The notes below the pieces were generated by a model, which saw only the letters and a list, made by a program, of their open reading frames with translations, was not told the DNA's origin and searched no databases. DNA of 63,653 nucleotides, filler included, from Perkinsus olseni (taxonomy: Eukaryota), in NCBI GenBank assembly GCA_013115125.1. It is 44 parts of 44 records of this genome, joined end to end, with 100 filler letters (N's around TTAATTAATTAA, not from the genome) between each part and the next. Parts side by side here need not be neighbours in the genome. Positions count along the whole stretch, not along the records: positions 11,846 to 13,217 come from JABANN010001923.1; positions 13,318 to 14,683 come from JABANN010001924.1; positions 14,784 to 16,148 come from JABANN010001925.1; positions 16,249 to 17,613 come from JABANN010001926.1; positions 17,714 to 19,076 come from JABANN010001927.1; positions 19,177 to 20,538 come from JABANN010001928.1; positions 20,639 to 21,999 come from JABANN010001929.1; positions 22,100 to 23,459 come from JABANN010001930.1; 36 more parts are not named here. The stretch is one strand, 5' to 3'. Position numbers and translations under genes: made by a program. Shown here in pieces: positions 12,308-24,349 of this stretch. Within the stretch, counting starts at the first letter, position 1. Every line of letters starts with the position of its first letter.

Positions 12308-12932
12308 GACCGCTCACCTTCTGTCCAGTATTAAATATGAATATATCCGTACCATCTGGTAATGTCTTCTGTTTTGTACCACCATCAGCGTACCAATATA
12401 ATTCAATACCATTATTAATTTTACTTCTTATATCACCATTGGGCAGGTACGTGCGTGATACTAATGATATATTATCACTACCATCAACCGTAGTACACGA
12501 CTGATGAGTGTCCAAAGGGGGCCATACAACTTTCTTCAAACCAGTAGAAAATGTGACCGTTCTAATGCCCGTAGAATATACTCTGTCACACCGCTTACCA
12601 TCATCTCTGATATTCTCCGAGATCACTTCACCATAACAATTATCATCATCATCATCATCATCGTTATAACCATAATAATAATGAGAGTAATCATCAACGT
12701 CGTGACTACTAACGTGGAGAGTAATTGGATCCTGGTTCCCTTCAGCGGGCTGGGAAGTTGATGAGGATGTTGACGAGGCAGTAGTAGCGGCTGCAGCGTG
12801 ATGATGATGAGCATGTGATGGAAGATCGTAGAGCTTAGTAGTATTATATTTTGGGTGGGCACCAGCAGCAGCAGCAGCAGTGGCAGAGATGCGCCGATAA
12901 ACGTCGATTCCGGTGTGACTTATGCTGATCAA
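12138..12932 (-). CDS. SAS4: SAS-4/CENPJ (CPAP)-like centriole protein, C-terminal TCP (Tcp10_C) domain; last intron 12213-12317, last exon 12138-12212; 5' boundary uncertain
   Basis: Spliced sequence ...LPNGDIRSKINNGIELYWYADGGTKQKTLPDGTDIFIFNTGQK|EYHYTDGSKEIHFPSGITKRITKE* follows the CPAP pattern NGD..[33 protein letters not shown]; phase-0 GTGAG...TTTAG intron filled with (AGT)n. Confidence 0.8.
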
Positions 12933-14591
12933 AATGATGATGATAATAATAATAGCACCCTGTTGATATTACCTGTCATTATTATCATTTATAACGCCAT
13001 ATTTGATCTTCGCTTTTCTCTTTCCATTTTTGATCATTCCAGCGGCGGCGCCGCCATAATTGACATCATCATCATCATCATCATCATCGCCGGCGCCCGC
13101 CCCCGCGCCCCCCCCCCCCAAATTTTAAAAAAAAAAGTTGAAACAAAAATATTTATTTATATTTAAAATAATTTTTAAAAAAGACAGAACAGAAAAGACC
13201 ACGAAAACAAAACACAANNNNNNNNNNNNNNNNNNNNNNNNNNNNNNNNNNNNNNNNNNNNTTAATTAATTAANNNNNNNNNNNNNNNNNNNNNNNNNNN
13301 NNNNNNNNNNNNNNNNNTTCTTCTTCTTCTTCTTCTTCTTCTTCTTCTTCTTCTTCTTCTTCTTCTTCTTCTTCTTCTTCTTCTTCTTCTGCTTCTTCTT
13401 TTCTTCTTCGTTCCTTTTCTTTGATCCTCTCCTGGATCAGCTCCCCCTGGTCGTCCGCTCCGTATCATCTGAACTGCTATCTGTACCTCTTCTATCTCCT
13501 GTGTGTCATGTTCAACGTGGAGGCGGACACAGTCCCTTCCGGCGGACAAACTGTTTCGTCACACCACGAAGTTTACGCTCGCCGAAGATCTAAAACGGTA
13601 AGATCCCCGAAACGGCTAGCTTCGCTGAAGCCCTCTAAGCTAAGTAACGAACTCTATACAGTAGAGCAATGTATTGCATTTTGGGACTGGACTTTCTAAT
13701 TCAATTTTGTACCAGTCTATCTAATAGCCGAACCACTAGGCTGTCTACTGATTCTGCTCTAAGTCGTTGCAATCTATCTCTCGTTAGCTCTTCGAGTCTA
13801 CTCTCTCGGATCGAACTCTACCCCTCTAGGCTGCTGCCATCGTATTCAAATGGTTCCGCATTGTGTTCTGTTGATGCAGTCGTCAGGAATGGACCGATTA
13901 GGGACGGTATCGAACTCCTGTGCTTCCTCCTATGATTCTCTAGGATCCTCTTTTACACCATCACATCAAGAACCTTCTACTTCTTCTACGACCAACGATT
14001 CCCTTCCCGTACAGCGAGAGAGCTCTGGCTCTGTAATAGTGCTGCCATAGTTATCGCTCAACGTATATCAGTGACCCATATCGTAGTGCATCGACGGTAC
14101 TCCGGGACTACGGTCAAATGCACTTTCCTACGGAAAAATTCTCGCGCGCCTACACTAAAGCGATCATGCGAGTAAAATCGGCTTTCTGAAGTGTGAGGAA
14201 TCTCGCCCGTCTTGGCCAATATAAGGAGTAGAGCTGATTTTCTTCAGGAAAGCGCGAGAGGCCTAGGGAAAGACGGGAAATGGTCCATAGGTAAGTGCTG
14301 AAAGTTTTTAGCCAGGAGTAAATCTTCCTTTGAAAAGCGCAAACCTTCCTTAGCGGCATGGTTCCGCACGCGCCCAAACTCTCCCTACTCTCCCTCCTCT
14401 CTTGGCTCCCAAACTTTTCCTGCGATTCCTATCTTTCCCAGAGCGGCTTTGTTGGGGCCGCCTTCTTTACGATCTAGCTCAACAATACCCTTCGCGACTG
14501 GTATAGCATCAACGTAGATCCACCGTGAACTCGACCGGAGCAGAGTTCCCCCCGGGGGCCCAAAAACCCGCCCCCGGGGGGGGGGGGGGGT

Positions 14592-14683
<92 letters not shown>

Positions 14684-15239
14684 NNNNNNNNNNNNNNNNN
14701 NNNNNNNNNNNNNNNNNNNNNNNNNNNTTAATTAATTAANNNNNNNNNNNNNNNNNNNNNNNNNNNNNNNNNNNNNNNNNNNNCTTATGAGAGATGAAGA
14801 GAGGGAATGTGAACGCACCGGCTTAATGAGGAAGCTGTGGAGTTGATTGAGACGTACGTCAAATACGGGAAGATATAGAGATGGAACTGTGACAAACATC
14901 TCGAATGTGATTATTTCACGCACGGTTATGTTGAGCTCAAATTGAAGTATTAATAATAATATTGGGCGCGCGATGCTGATGTTCCGCGGGCACTATTAAA
15001 ATCTCGCTCGCCCAAAATTGCACCTAAGCAATTTCGCACCGAATGAATTCGATGAAGATGATTTAAGACATGCAATATGTGCGTTCTGCACTGGACGACC
15101 CGAAATACCCGAAAAGTGGCAAAAACTGAGCAAAATTGGCGATTTTTTAAAAAATTTCCTTGAATTTGCATTCTTTCCGGGAGTATTCCTTCCTGGAAAG
15201 TTTCCTTGGGAAAGTTACGGAAAGGAAGAATGATTCTTT

Positions 15240-16148
15240 CCACTTCAACCACCCTGGGGGCAAGTGCTTCTTCTGTCACCAGGGTGGTCACCGGGCGTCT
15301 CAATGTCCGAATCGGAATCTTGCGGGGAAATGTTTCCATTGCAAGAAGCCGGGGCATCGACGAGCCCAGTGTCCGTTGTTGCAAAGCGGCAGTGCAGCCG
15401 CTGATGCGCAGGACGGCGAGGTGAGTGGTGATGGGGGCACGTCAGGTCAGGGCTCGAAGGACCAGCAGACTGAGACTGCTCAAGAGACTGGTAAGGAGTC
15501 TGCGGCGGGGGTGCGAGTGACAACAAATTCCTTCGCGGTGGAGTGCTGCGAGTCAGGGGCCGGATTGAGGTCGGTAGCCGTCGGAAGGAATGATGACCCT
15601 CCAGTTTTGTCGCTTCGCTGGGCTGATGAGGAGATGACTATGTTGCTGGACAGCGGATCGGCAGCTTCGCTGATCGATCGTGAGACAGCTGACAGGATGA
15701 TTAAGAAAGGAGCTGCTTCAGCGATCGCGGATCAGTCTCCTGTGTCCATCCGCTAGGCGGATGCCAGGGTTGAACCGTCTTGTGGTGAGCTCATTGCGAA
15801 TGTGTGGATCGGTGATAAGCCTGCCTACCTACCTTTCCTGTTTGTGGGAAAATGGGGTCGGCCGTTGATTGGTCGCCGAGGTCTACGACTATTAGGTGTT
15901 AGTCTCGACTTTCCGCAAGAGGCTCCTTCGGAACGAGTAGCCTTGCGCGAGATGTTCGAGGGAAGAGTCTGTAATGCTATGACCGCTGAGGTCGCGTTAG
16001 CGACCGGCGTCATTGATTGTTACTGCACTAATGATGAACTGTTCCTGACCGATGACACGGATCTGAACGCCGTGGAGTCGGGTCTGAGTCGGCCATCACC
16101 GGTGTCGGATGGGTCGGGAGAACGCGATGTCCTGGACCGGAGAGTCGA
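15240..16148 (+). mobile_element. LTR gag C-terminus (two CCHC knuckles) + aspartic protease, in-frame TAG at 15754-15756
   Basis: CFFCHQGGHRASQC, CFHCKKPGHRRAQC, LLDSGS, then PLIGRRGL in the same frame after the stop. Confidence 0.85.
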
Positions 16149-16248
16149 NNNNNNNNNNNNNNNNNNNNNNNNNNNNNNNNNNNNNNNNNNNNTTAATTAA
16201 TTAANNNNNNNNNNNNNNNNNNNNNNNNNNNNNNNNNNNNNNNNNNNN

Positions 16249-17613
16249 TTTCCCAACCCACAACTAGCAAGCAACGCATCCTTCACGTAGTCCCGGCGAG
16301 GGCCAAACCTACGACCTATGGCTCATAAGACCATCGCTCTAACCACTGAGCTACAGGGCCGTCGAGCGGCGTCGTCCGCGACGCTTGCTGTGCGACGGCC
16401 GAACCTACGACCTATGGCTCATAAGACCATCGCTCTAACCACTGAGCTAGAGAATCGTCGAACGACGCCGTCCGCGAGATTTTTGCCGATAGATGCCGTC
16501 AACGTTCGAATTGCCTAACCTACAACTAGCAAGCAACGCATCCTCTACGTAGCCCCAGCGGAGGTCGAACCCACGGCCAACGACTCGTAGAACCATCGCT
16601 CTAACCCCTGAGCTACAGGACCGTTGAACTACGTCGTCCGCGAGATTTTTGCCGATAGATGCCCTCAACGTTCGAACTCCCCAACCTACAACTAGCAAGC
16701 AACACATCATCTACGTAGTCCCAGCGAGGGTCGAACCCACGACCTAAGGCTCATAAGACCATCGCTCTAACCACTGAGCTACAGGACCGTTGAGCGGTGT
16801 CGTCCGCGAGGCTTGCTGAGAGATGGCCTCAACGTTCGAATTTCCCAACCCACAACTAGCAAGCAACGCATCCTTCACGTAGTCCCGGCGAGGGCCAAAC
16901 CTACGACCTATGGCTCATAAGACCATCGCTCTAACCACTGAGCTAGAGAATCGTCGAACGACGCCGTCCGCGAGAATTTTGCCGATAGATGCCGTCAACG
17001 TTCGAATTACCTAACCTACAACTAGCAAGCAACGCATCCTCTACGTATTCCCAGCGGAGGTCAAACCCACGGCCAACGGCTCGTAGAACCATCGCTCTAA
17101 CCACTGAGCTACAGGACCGTTGAACTACGTCGTCCGCGAGATTTTTGCCGATAGATGCCCTCAACGTTCGAACTCCCCAACCTACAACTAGCAAGCAACA
17201 CATCATCTACGTAGGCCCGACGGGGGTCGAACCCACGACCTATGGCTCATAAGACCATCGCTCTAACCACTGAGCTACAGGACCGTTGAGCGGCGTCGTC
17301 CGCGAGGCTTGCTGAGAGATGGCCTCAACGTTCGAATTTCCCAACCCACAACTAGCAAGCAACGCATCCTTCACGTAGTCCCGGCGAGGGCCAAACCTAC
17401 GACCTTGGCTCATAAGACCATCGCTCTAACCACTGAGCTACAGGACCGTTGAGCGACGCCGTCCGCGAGATTTTTGCCGATAGATGCCCTCAACGTTCGA
17501 ATTCCCCAACCTACAACTCGCAAGCAACACATCATCTACGTAGTCCCGGCGGGGGTCGAACCCACGACCTATGGCTCATAAGACCATCGCTCTAACCACT
17601 GAGCTACAGGACC
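16249..17613 (-). repeat. Tandem array of ~165-bp units each carrying a tRNA-Ile(UAU)-like sequence (9 copies; fills the contig)
   Basis: tRNA bodies at 16288-16360, ~16397-16456 (truncated), 16550-16622, 16716-16788, 16880-16952, 17046-17118, 17212-17284, 17376-17447, 17541-17613. Confidence 0.92.
17541..17613 (-). tRNA. tRNA-Ile(UAU), intronless; best-formed copy in the array
   Basis: GGTCCTG TA GCTC AGTGGTTA GAGC G ATGGT CTTATGA GCCAT AGGTC GTGGG TTCGACC CCCGC CGGGACT A folds into a full cloverleaf, anticodon TAT. Confidence 0.88.
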
Positions 17614-17739
17614 NNNNNNNNNNNNNNNNNNNNNNNNNNNNNNNNNNNNNNNNNNNNTTAATTAATTAANNNNNNNNNNNNNNNNNNNNNNNNNNNNNNN
17701 NNNNNNNNNNNNNAGGGGTACTTTCAACTAGAAAGGCTT

Positions 17740-18445
17740 CCTTTCCTCCTGGCAGGATCCGCTTACACATCCGAGGGCTGTGCCTACGACCGTCGCACAA
17801 GCCTCGCCCGGTGTGCCACGACCAGCATCATCTCCAGGACTCGAAAAGTCTGCCAATCAAGTTGTTTTCCCCGTTCGGTTAACTCTCATCAGGCGATGGT
17901 CTCCACCAAACTTTCTATTTTCAATTTGTTTTCGGAAGCTCTTTGAAATAGAGCTTTTCGCAGTAGTCAGCCATATCTGCACATCGACTCACACAGATTG
18001 TTATTTGCCCAAGAGTTCCGCTTCCGTCTATGAAACTAGGCCGCAAGCGAGACCGATCTGGTCTTTGACAGTTGAGCATTAGATGAGCGTTCCCATCCTT
18101 GACCCCACAATGACGACAAATAGTATCATGAACCGTTGCATTGTAGCCGGGTCTATATTTATAGGCCTTCAAAAGAATCGAGTGGCCCGACAATAGCTGC
18201 AAGAACGCCCCATTGTTTCTCGACCGCACCACTTTTTGGACACTATCTCTCTGCCGAGAGCTCTCAAGTGCTCTTCGTAAGGGTTCCGAGAATGTCGACA
18301 CCAACCGTACTACCGTATAATCCCTAAAAAGATCAAGACGGTGCTTTGTTTCCGACAAAGGCAAGCTAGCCCACCCATTTCTTTCCTCAATGCCCTCGTG
18401 ACCCGTATTGGTGCACAGGTCCACGGGGAAGCCCCATTCTTCCAA
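17740..18445 (-). mobile_element. 3' end of a non-LTR retrotransposon (C-terminal CCHC finger + 3' UTR)
   Basis: FLQLLSGH...CRHCGVKDGNAHLMLNC, typical of LINE ORF2 C-termini; homologous degenerate copy at 24350-24848. Confidence 0.7.
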
Positions 18446-21103
18446 AAGGGTTCTAAATTTATCGTGACGACGTTACAACGTGACCGGCACGTCGTGACGT
18501 CCTAACCACTAGACGATGAGTTGGGCAAAAACTGAGGGAAGAGGGGAAAAAGGGGAAAAGAAAAAAAGAAGAAAGGAAAAAGAGGAAAGAAAGAAAGTGG
18601 AAAGAAGGACGGTGGAGAAGAGTGTTGGGTATATTCCGCTGAGTCAGCGGAATCCTCAGCGGCGCTGACTATCGTGCTGGAATGAGAAGCTACGCTCAAG
18701 CTAAGCAAATTGGTTCAGGATAGCAAGACAGAAGAGGGAAGATTCGACCGTTGGATTCAAGACGGCAAATCTCGGATATTGTATTCTCAATCAGTCAGTC
18801 TCCGCCAAAAGGGACGAACTCGCACTCAACGAAATCAGAGCTCAACGGCATTATACGTGGGAAACATATATAGAGCTAATACGGCGGCCAGCTATAGGCA
18901 TTGAGGGCAAAGACAATAGATCCGTATCCGTGCATGACTTTGGCACTGGAGCTCAGCTGCGTTCCGACACAACGGTTTCAGGCCCTAACTGGGCGCGCGA
19001 CGGTGTAGAGATATCCCGACTGTTGTTGCGCAACTCGTTATTGGCCATTGATGAATGATGACAGAGTAGTTGCGTGNNNNNNNNNNNNNNNNNNNNNNNN
19101 NNNNNNNNNNNNNNNNNNNNTTAATTAATTAANNNNNNNNNNNNNNNNNNNNNNNNNNNNNNNNNNNNNNNNNNNNTGCAAACACCAACTGAAAATATCT
19201 CAGAATTGAGATTCATTTCAACCTACTGCAGCCGGCTCCGCCTCAACCTGCCCTCTTCTGTTCCATTATTCTTGAAGCCTTTATTCAAGCGCCTCTAGGC
19301 CTTGAGCAAATGAGACACACAAGAAAGCTTGTGTCGGCGTACACTCGAGGAGCCGCATGCGTGCGCGTCGGAGGAAGCTTGCATAAAAACTTAGAACTTC
19401 CACTATTCCCACCCTAGCGAAATTGTCCCTCCCCGCAGGGCAGTATGGAGGAGGGGAGGGCACAGTTCATGGATTCTCGATCCGACCACCACTCGTAGCC
19501 ATGGAGGATATCTATGGGACATTGCGACGTCAGGTGTCATGATTAACGATTGAAATCGTGCTCACGTCTACATCCGACTCCCCAGTCTCGACGGGGGACG
19601 AGCGAGTTCCGTCTCCGGTGTTTTAACAGCATGCATTTGAAAGCATTCGTACTCCGTGTTATCATTCCTTAGCAACAGACTGAACAAATACCACATCAGT
19701 TCGTTAGGTGGCCAACATTGACTTGGCTCGCACTCACTTGAGCGATAGCGCTGCTTATTAAAGTTCCAATCAGTCAGTTCTCCTGCTCGCCAACATCGCG
19801 TGGAAGTCATCGACTAAGTTAGGCCACTGGGCATACGTGCGCTGGGCAATCTCTGCCAACATCACGCCTTCCCGCAAGGTCGGGTCTCCCTTGTCTAAAA
19901 TGCCATGTTCTGTGCCAAGGGCCATGGTATCCTCGAGCCCGGCTGGTTCGTTTTCATGCAACTCTTCTATTAGAAAGAGCAAGCTTGCGGCGCTATGCTA
20001 ACAGCTAGTCAGCGTCGGGACTGATGGGCTTGGATCGGAATCCAGTAATTGAATTACAGTTAATCGATTATGATAAAGAGCAGTTAATATTTCACAGTGG
20101 GATTACCACTCCTGGTTGTTTGGGTCGGGCAGTGTAGCTGGTACTTAGTACCATTGATACGAATCGGCCTTTGAAGCGACCATCAGAGCAAGACACTCGA
20201 AAGCCCAGGTTTTAGATGCGCCGGCAGTGCATGTCTGCACCCACTTCGGTGCCTTCGCCCGGGAGTGGTGGGATGAAGGAAATATCAACCATCACCGTCT
20301 AGCCTCAGCCATGTCATGTGATACCTCGTCGGAAGTTCCGACTCAGAACTCGGGTGCCTCGGATTCCGACAATTGGGCCCAGATAAAAGTTTGCCTTGTT
20401 GCACTTGACATCCCTCTACGATGACGAGTGCCGTTAGAGTCATCGTTCTCTGGCCTCGTAATAGATGGATTATCGCCGCTGGGCTTCTCACTATCAACTC
20501 CAGGCTGACCTTCCATTGACAGTTTATGGTAATAATAGNNNNNNNNNNNNNNNNNNNNNNNNNNNNNNNNNNNNNNNNNNNNTTAATTAATTAANNNNNN
20601 NNNNNNNNNNNNNNNNNNNNNNNNNNNNNNNNNNNNNNACCAAGCAGAAGGTATTACGACATTGTCGGCTTCCTCGAAATTCACGTGGCTTGCAGCGATG
20701 AAGCTTATGGCGGAGCCGCCGTAATCTTCGTCGGATATGATATGGTTTGCAAGGAAGCGTCCTTCTGGTAATCGAGCTTTATGACCACGTGATCACGATG
20801 TTCACTTGTTCAGGTCCGAGGCCGCGGTCGCCCTTGCCTCTGTTGGACGAAGACTAGGACTAAGTCACCACGTCAATCAGGCTGAGCTTGACAGGCTCTG
20901 TAAGTTGGGGATTTATGCTTGTCCCCCACCACGGAATCCCTTCTGAACTAGCTATGTGCGTTTCATAATGCGACTCTCACTCTCGTGCCGAGTTGAATCA
21001 CTTAATGACGTCTATTAGACGTTGGCTATCGCGACAATATCGTTATGACCCTTAGTCACGGTGACTAAGTCACCTGTAGCCCATTGTTCCTGGCCCTTTT
21101 CCT

Positions 21104-21999
21104 ATGAGTTCGCGTCAGACTTGGGGAAACGACTGGGATAGTGGTGACCATGACTGTGGAAGTAATTGGGGATATGACTGGAGTAATAGTGAATGGAGAT
21201 ATAATTGGGATAGTAATTGGGGGTATAACTCTAGCAGTGATTGGGGATGTAACTGGAACAGTGATTGGGAATATAACTGGGACACTGATCGGGGATACGA
21301 CTGTGACGAAAGGTGGGGATATGATTGGTCTTCCGACTGGGGAAAGGACAATTATGCTTACAGCGGGGACTGGGCATCGTCCGTATCGTACAACAGGGGA
21401 TTGAGTGAGCGCGTGGAATCGACGTCTCACTCGGATTGCGACAATACAAAAATCACTGAGACGGAGGATGCAGGGACGTCGCATGAGGAGAGTAGTGCTG
21501 GAAGTGGCACTGAGCCGCTTAGTAATGATGACATGGAGACACCCCAGGTGACACAGTACGTGGTGTTCGTCAAGTATTTCTTTCTGTTGCAGGAAGACGG
21601 CTCATTTCCAGTCGAAGACGCTCGCTGGTTGAAGTGGGATGCAACAGTATGGCAATTCCGTGGCTTCCTCTGCCTTGATGCGGATGAGGAGTACTCGAGT
21701 TTGAAGGAAATACCGAAGCTGGTCGATCAGGTGTCAGCGCAGTTTGGAGATGATACCGGTGGCATGTTTCGCTTTTTAAACAGCCGTGGCGCTCGGAAGG
21801 GGCGATGTGATTGGGATGCCTTCTGGAATCTCACATGCTCGCAACATATACCATGTTCGGTGCAGCTGCGACTAATACTTGAGCCAGGCAGCCCCCATCA
21901 TAAACAACGTGTGAGGATCTATAGAAATCGCGAGTGTCATGGCGATATTGCTAGGGAAGATAGCAAAGAGGCGAAATATGTCAAATTCCCACCGAAGGT
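21104..21999 (+). CDS. Hypothetical protein with N-terminal W-x3 repeat and a possible C-x4-C...H metal-binding motif, 3' truncated
   Basis: Open to contig end; ~18 tetrapeptide units WGYD/WDSN; CSQHIPC...H near end. Confidence 0.5.
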
Positions 22000-22240
22000 N
22001 NNNNNNNNNNNNNNNNNNNNNNNNNNNNNNNNNNNNNNNNNNNTTAATTAATTAANNNNNNNNNNNNNNNNNNNNNNNNNNNNNNNNNNNNNNNNNNNNG
22101 AACGTCGCGGCGCTGGGAGTACCACATATACCGAGCGCCCTGCGTGGAACGTCACCAGCGTTGCGCGGATCTGGACATGTTGCGTAGGCTCCAGATTATG
22201 TCTTCCTCATTTTAAGTCGCAGTCCCTCGGGGAGCGTTGA

Positions 22241-22552
22241 TGCATTTGGTACTCATTCAACGATTGGAGCTGTGTTGCTCATCTGGTTCCTGCCGACGAG
22301 GAACCTAGCAATTACATCTGCTTCAGTGTTGACTTCGAGGAGGGTCGCGCTACTGTTAGCGTCCTCGGTCAGAGTGCAGGTGCTGACTACGAAGTTGAGG
22401 GGACCAAGATTGTCTTGTCGAATTACGATCCCATGCTACAGAAGTTGATGAATGCTTTCCATATCAAGGGTATCGATGGTACCATCATCAGTCCAACTGA
22501 GGTTCATATTAAGGCTGGCTTCCTCATTGACACCACTCTTACTAGCTGTTAA
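22241..22552 (+). CDS. Probable terminal exon of a small protein (…CFSVDFEEGRATVSVLGQ…IDTTLTSC*)
   Basis: Stop-free frame of 104 codons with strong C/T/G third-position bias; missed by the ORF track for lack of an early start codon. Confidence 0.45.
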   Translation, partial: CIWYSFNDWSCVAHLVPADEEPSNYICFSVDFEEGRATVSVLGQSAGADYEVEGTKIVLSNYDPMLQKLMNAFHIKGIDGTIISPTEVHIKAGFLIDTTLTSC

Positions 22553-23156
22553 GGACAGCAGCTGTTACTTGGTGTATATACTGTTCTCAGCATCCCCCTG
22601 TCACGAGATCTTTCTGAATTCTTCTCATTCATGCCATTTCTTGATGGCTCTAGTTTCACATTCTGGCTAGTCTTGTCGCATCCTGTGTAGATCTTCATAT
22701 ATTGGCGTTGTCGAGTTGTACCAACACTGGGGAAGCGGGTTTGGTCGTTGCATTCGGGTCAAATCAAAATGTCCCTTGTTTATCAGTGGTGATGGAACGA
22801 TTCGGACTGTCTAAGTTGGACACCGAGTAGCATTCTCAACTATGTTACGGAGGCTCGTGAAAATGATGGGCTCCGAAAATTGGCGTCTAAAGACTCGAAG
22901 TTGATCTGCGGCAGTTCAGATGGGCCGCAGTTTCAAATAGTCGTATGGCAGATCCGTGTGAGAGTAAAGGTTGAACCTAATGTATTGTCGCAAGCGAAGG
23001 ATATGTCCCAGAGGAACGCGCTGGCGAGACTGGAAGCTCAACTCGGAGCCCTGTGCAGTTAGCGACTAGCGACTATATACTGTTTTGGCTGCTCGTCACA
23101 TTTCCCGGTCAAGAGCAGTCTTCTTACAATTTTTCGCCGACCACGGGCTTCCCCCG

Positions 23157-23227
23157 TGACCCCGGCCGATCAGAAAGGGAAACCTTCTAATTTGGAGTCA
23201 GATGCGCTACCGTTGCGCCCCAGGGCC
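23157..23227 (-). pseudogene. tRNA-Trp(CCA) pseudogene
   Basis: GGCGCAACGGTAGCGC-TCTGA-CTCCAAA-TTAGA matches the eukaryotic tRNA-Trp D and anticodon arms; T-arm/B-box degenerate (TTCCCTTTCTGATCGGC). Confidence 0.75.
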
Positions 23228-24349
23228 TCTCACATATGTGTGTTGGGCCACTCGAGTTTGTCTAATGAAGAATGACGAAAGTCCTCTTGTTGTAGTGTCC
23301 AGTTTGCTCTTGATACGACTCTTCGCGGTTGGCAGTAGCAATCGACTTCGCTGTTGTCGTGCGTTGACTGTGTTGGATCTTCTTTCGTTAGCAGCCCTAC
23401 ACTGAACTGTTCGGTCGAGGAAGGAAACTTATTATTAATTAATTACACTTCATCACTCCNNNNNNNNNNNNNNNNNNNNNNNNNNNNNNNNNNNNNNNNN
23501 NNNTTAATTAATTAANNNNNNNNNNNNNNNNNNNNNNNNNNNNNNNNNNNNNNNNNNNNGCTCAGTCATATCATAGGGCGTCTGCCATTACTGGTGCTCA
23601 ACAGGGTAGAAGCCTTCTACCTTCTACTAGAACGTAAGCGATCGCTGAGGAGGTAATTCCACCACGTTCCCATGCTCGAGTGCGTTGGGGAATAGACGAA
23701 AAACTGCTGCCCGTGTGTGAGTTCCGAGTCCAACGCCGAAGGCCAGCTTATGCAGACGAGCACTGATGCATCTTGTTTTTGAAGAGGGCGAGTTCATCGA
23801 GTACAGTAACTAGCGCTCTGGTGGAGGTAGGGCAAACCTGAGGCAAACATACAATAGGACGCTCAAACTCTTGTCAGTGGACGGCCGAGATGATATTACA
23901 AGGTACTTGGCAGGAAGATTAGCGTTGTTACTGCGACCTACACGGCCGTGTCGGTTCCGGAGCTGAACCGTCGGGCGATCGTAGTTGCAGAAGCCGCCGA
24001 GACAAGTTGCATTATGCGATAGAAAGCACCATCTGTCTGAATGCTTTAAAACCTCCGCACGCGAACCTTGCGGAATTCCGCTTGCTAAAATCATTATTCA
24101 AGTTGTCCGTGAGAATTTTTTCCTGACGAGTTGGCGAAGTTGCGGTATCGTGAACGTTACATTCGGCGGCAGCAGCTGTTGGTGTGTCTGTGTGTGAATT
24201 TCAAGTCCAACGCCGGCAGTACGGCTTAGTTAGACTAGCACCACCGGCGTACCTTTCTAAGGGGGATTAGTTCAGCCTGTTAAATAGGCCAGCTGTTCAT
24301 CAAGCCGAAGAACGTTGCTCTCAGAGCGAGGTCATCGTCAGCTGGGGAA

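Noticed and set aside
14545-14683. G-rich tract as G-quadruplex or Gly-rich protein
   Set aside because: Homopolymer at a contig end, probably low-quality sequence; same for 13090-13217
16249-17613. CRISPR-like array or repeated 87-aa ORFs
   Set aside because: Spacers are homologous to one another, the repeat is a tRNA, and there are no cas genes; the ORFs are by-products of the repeat
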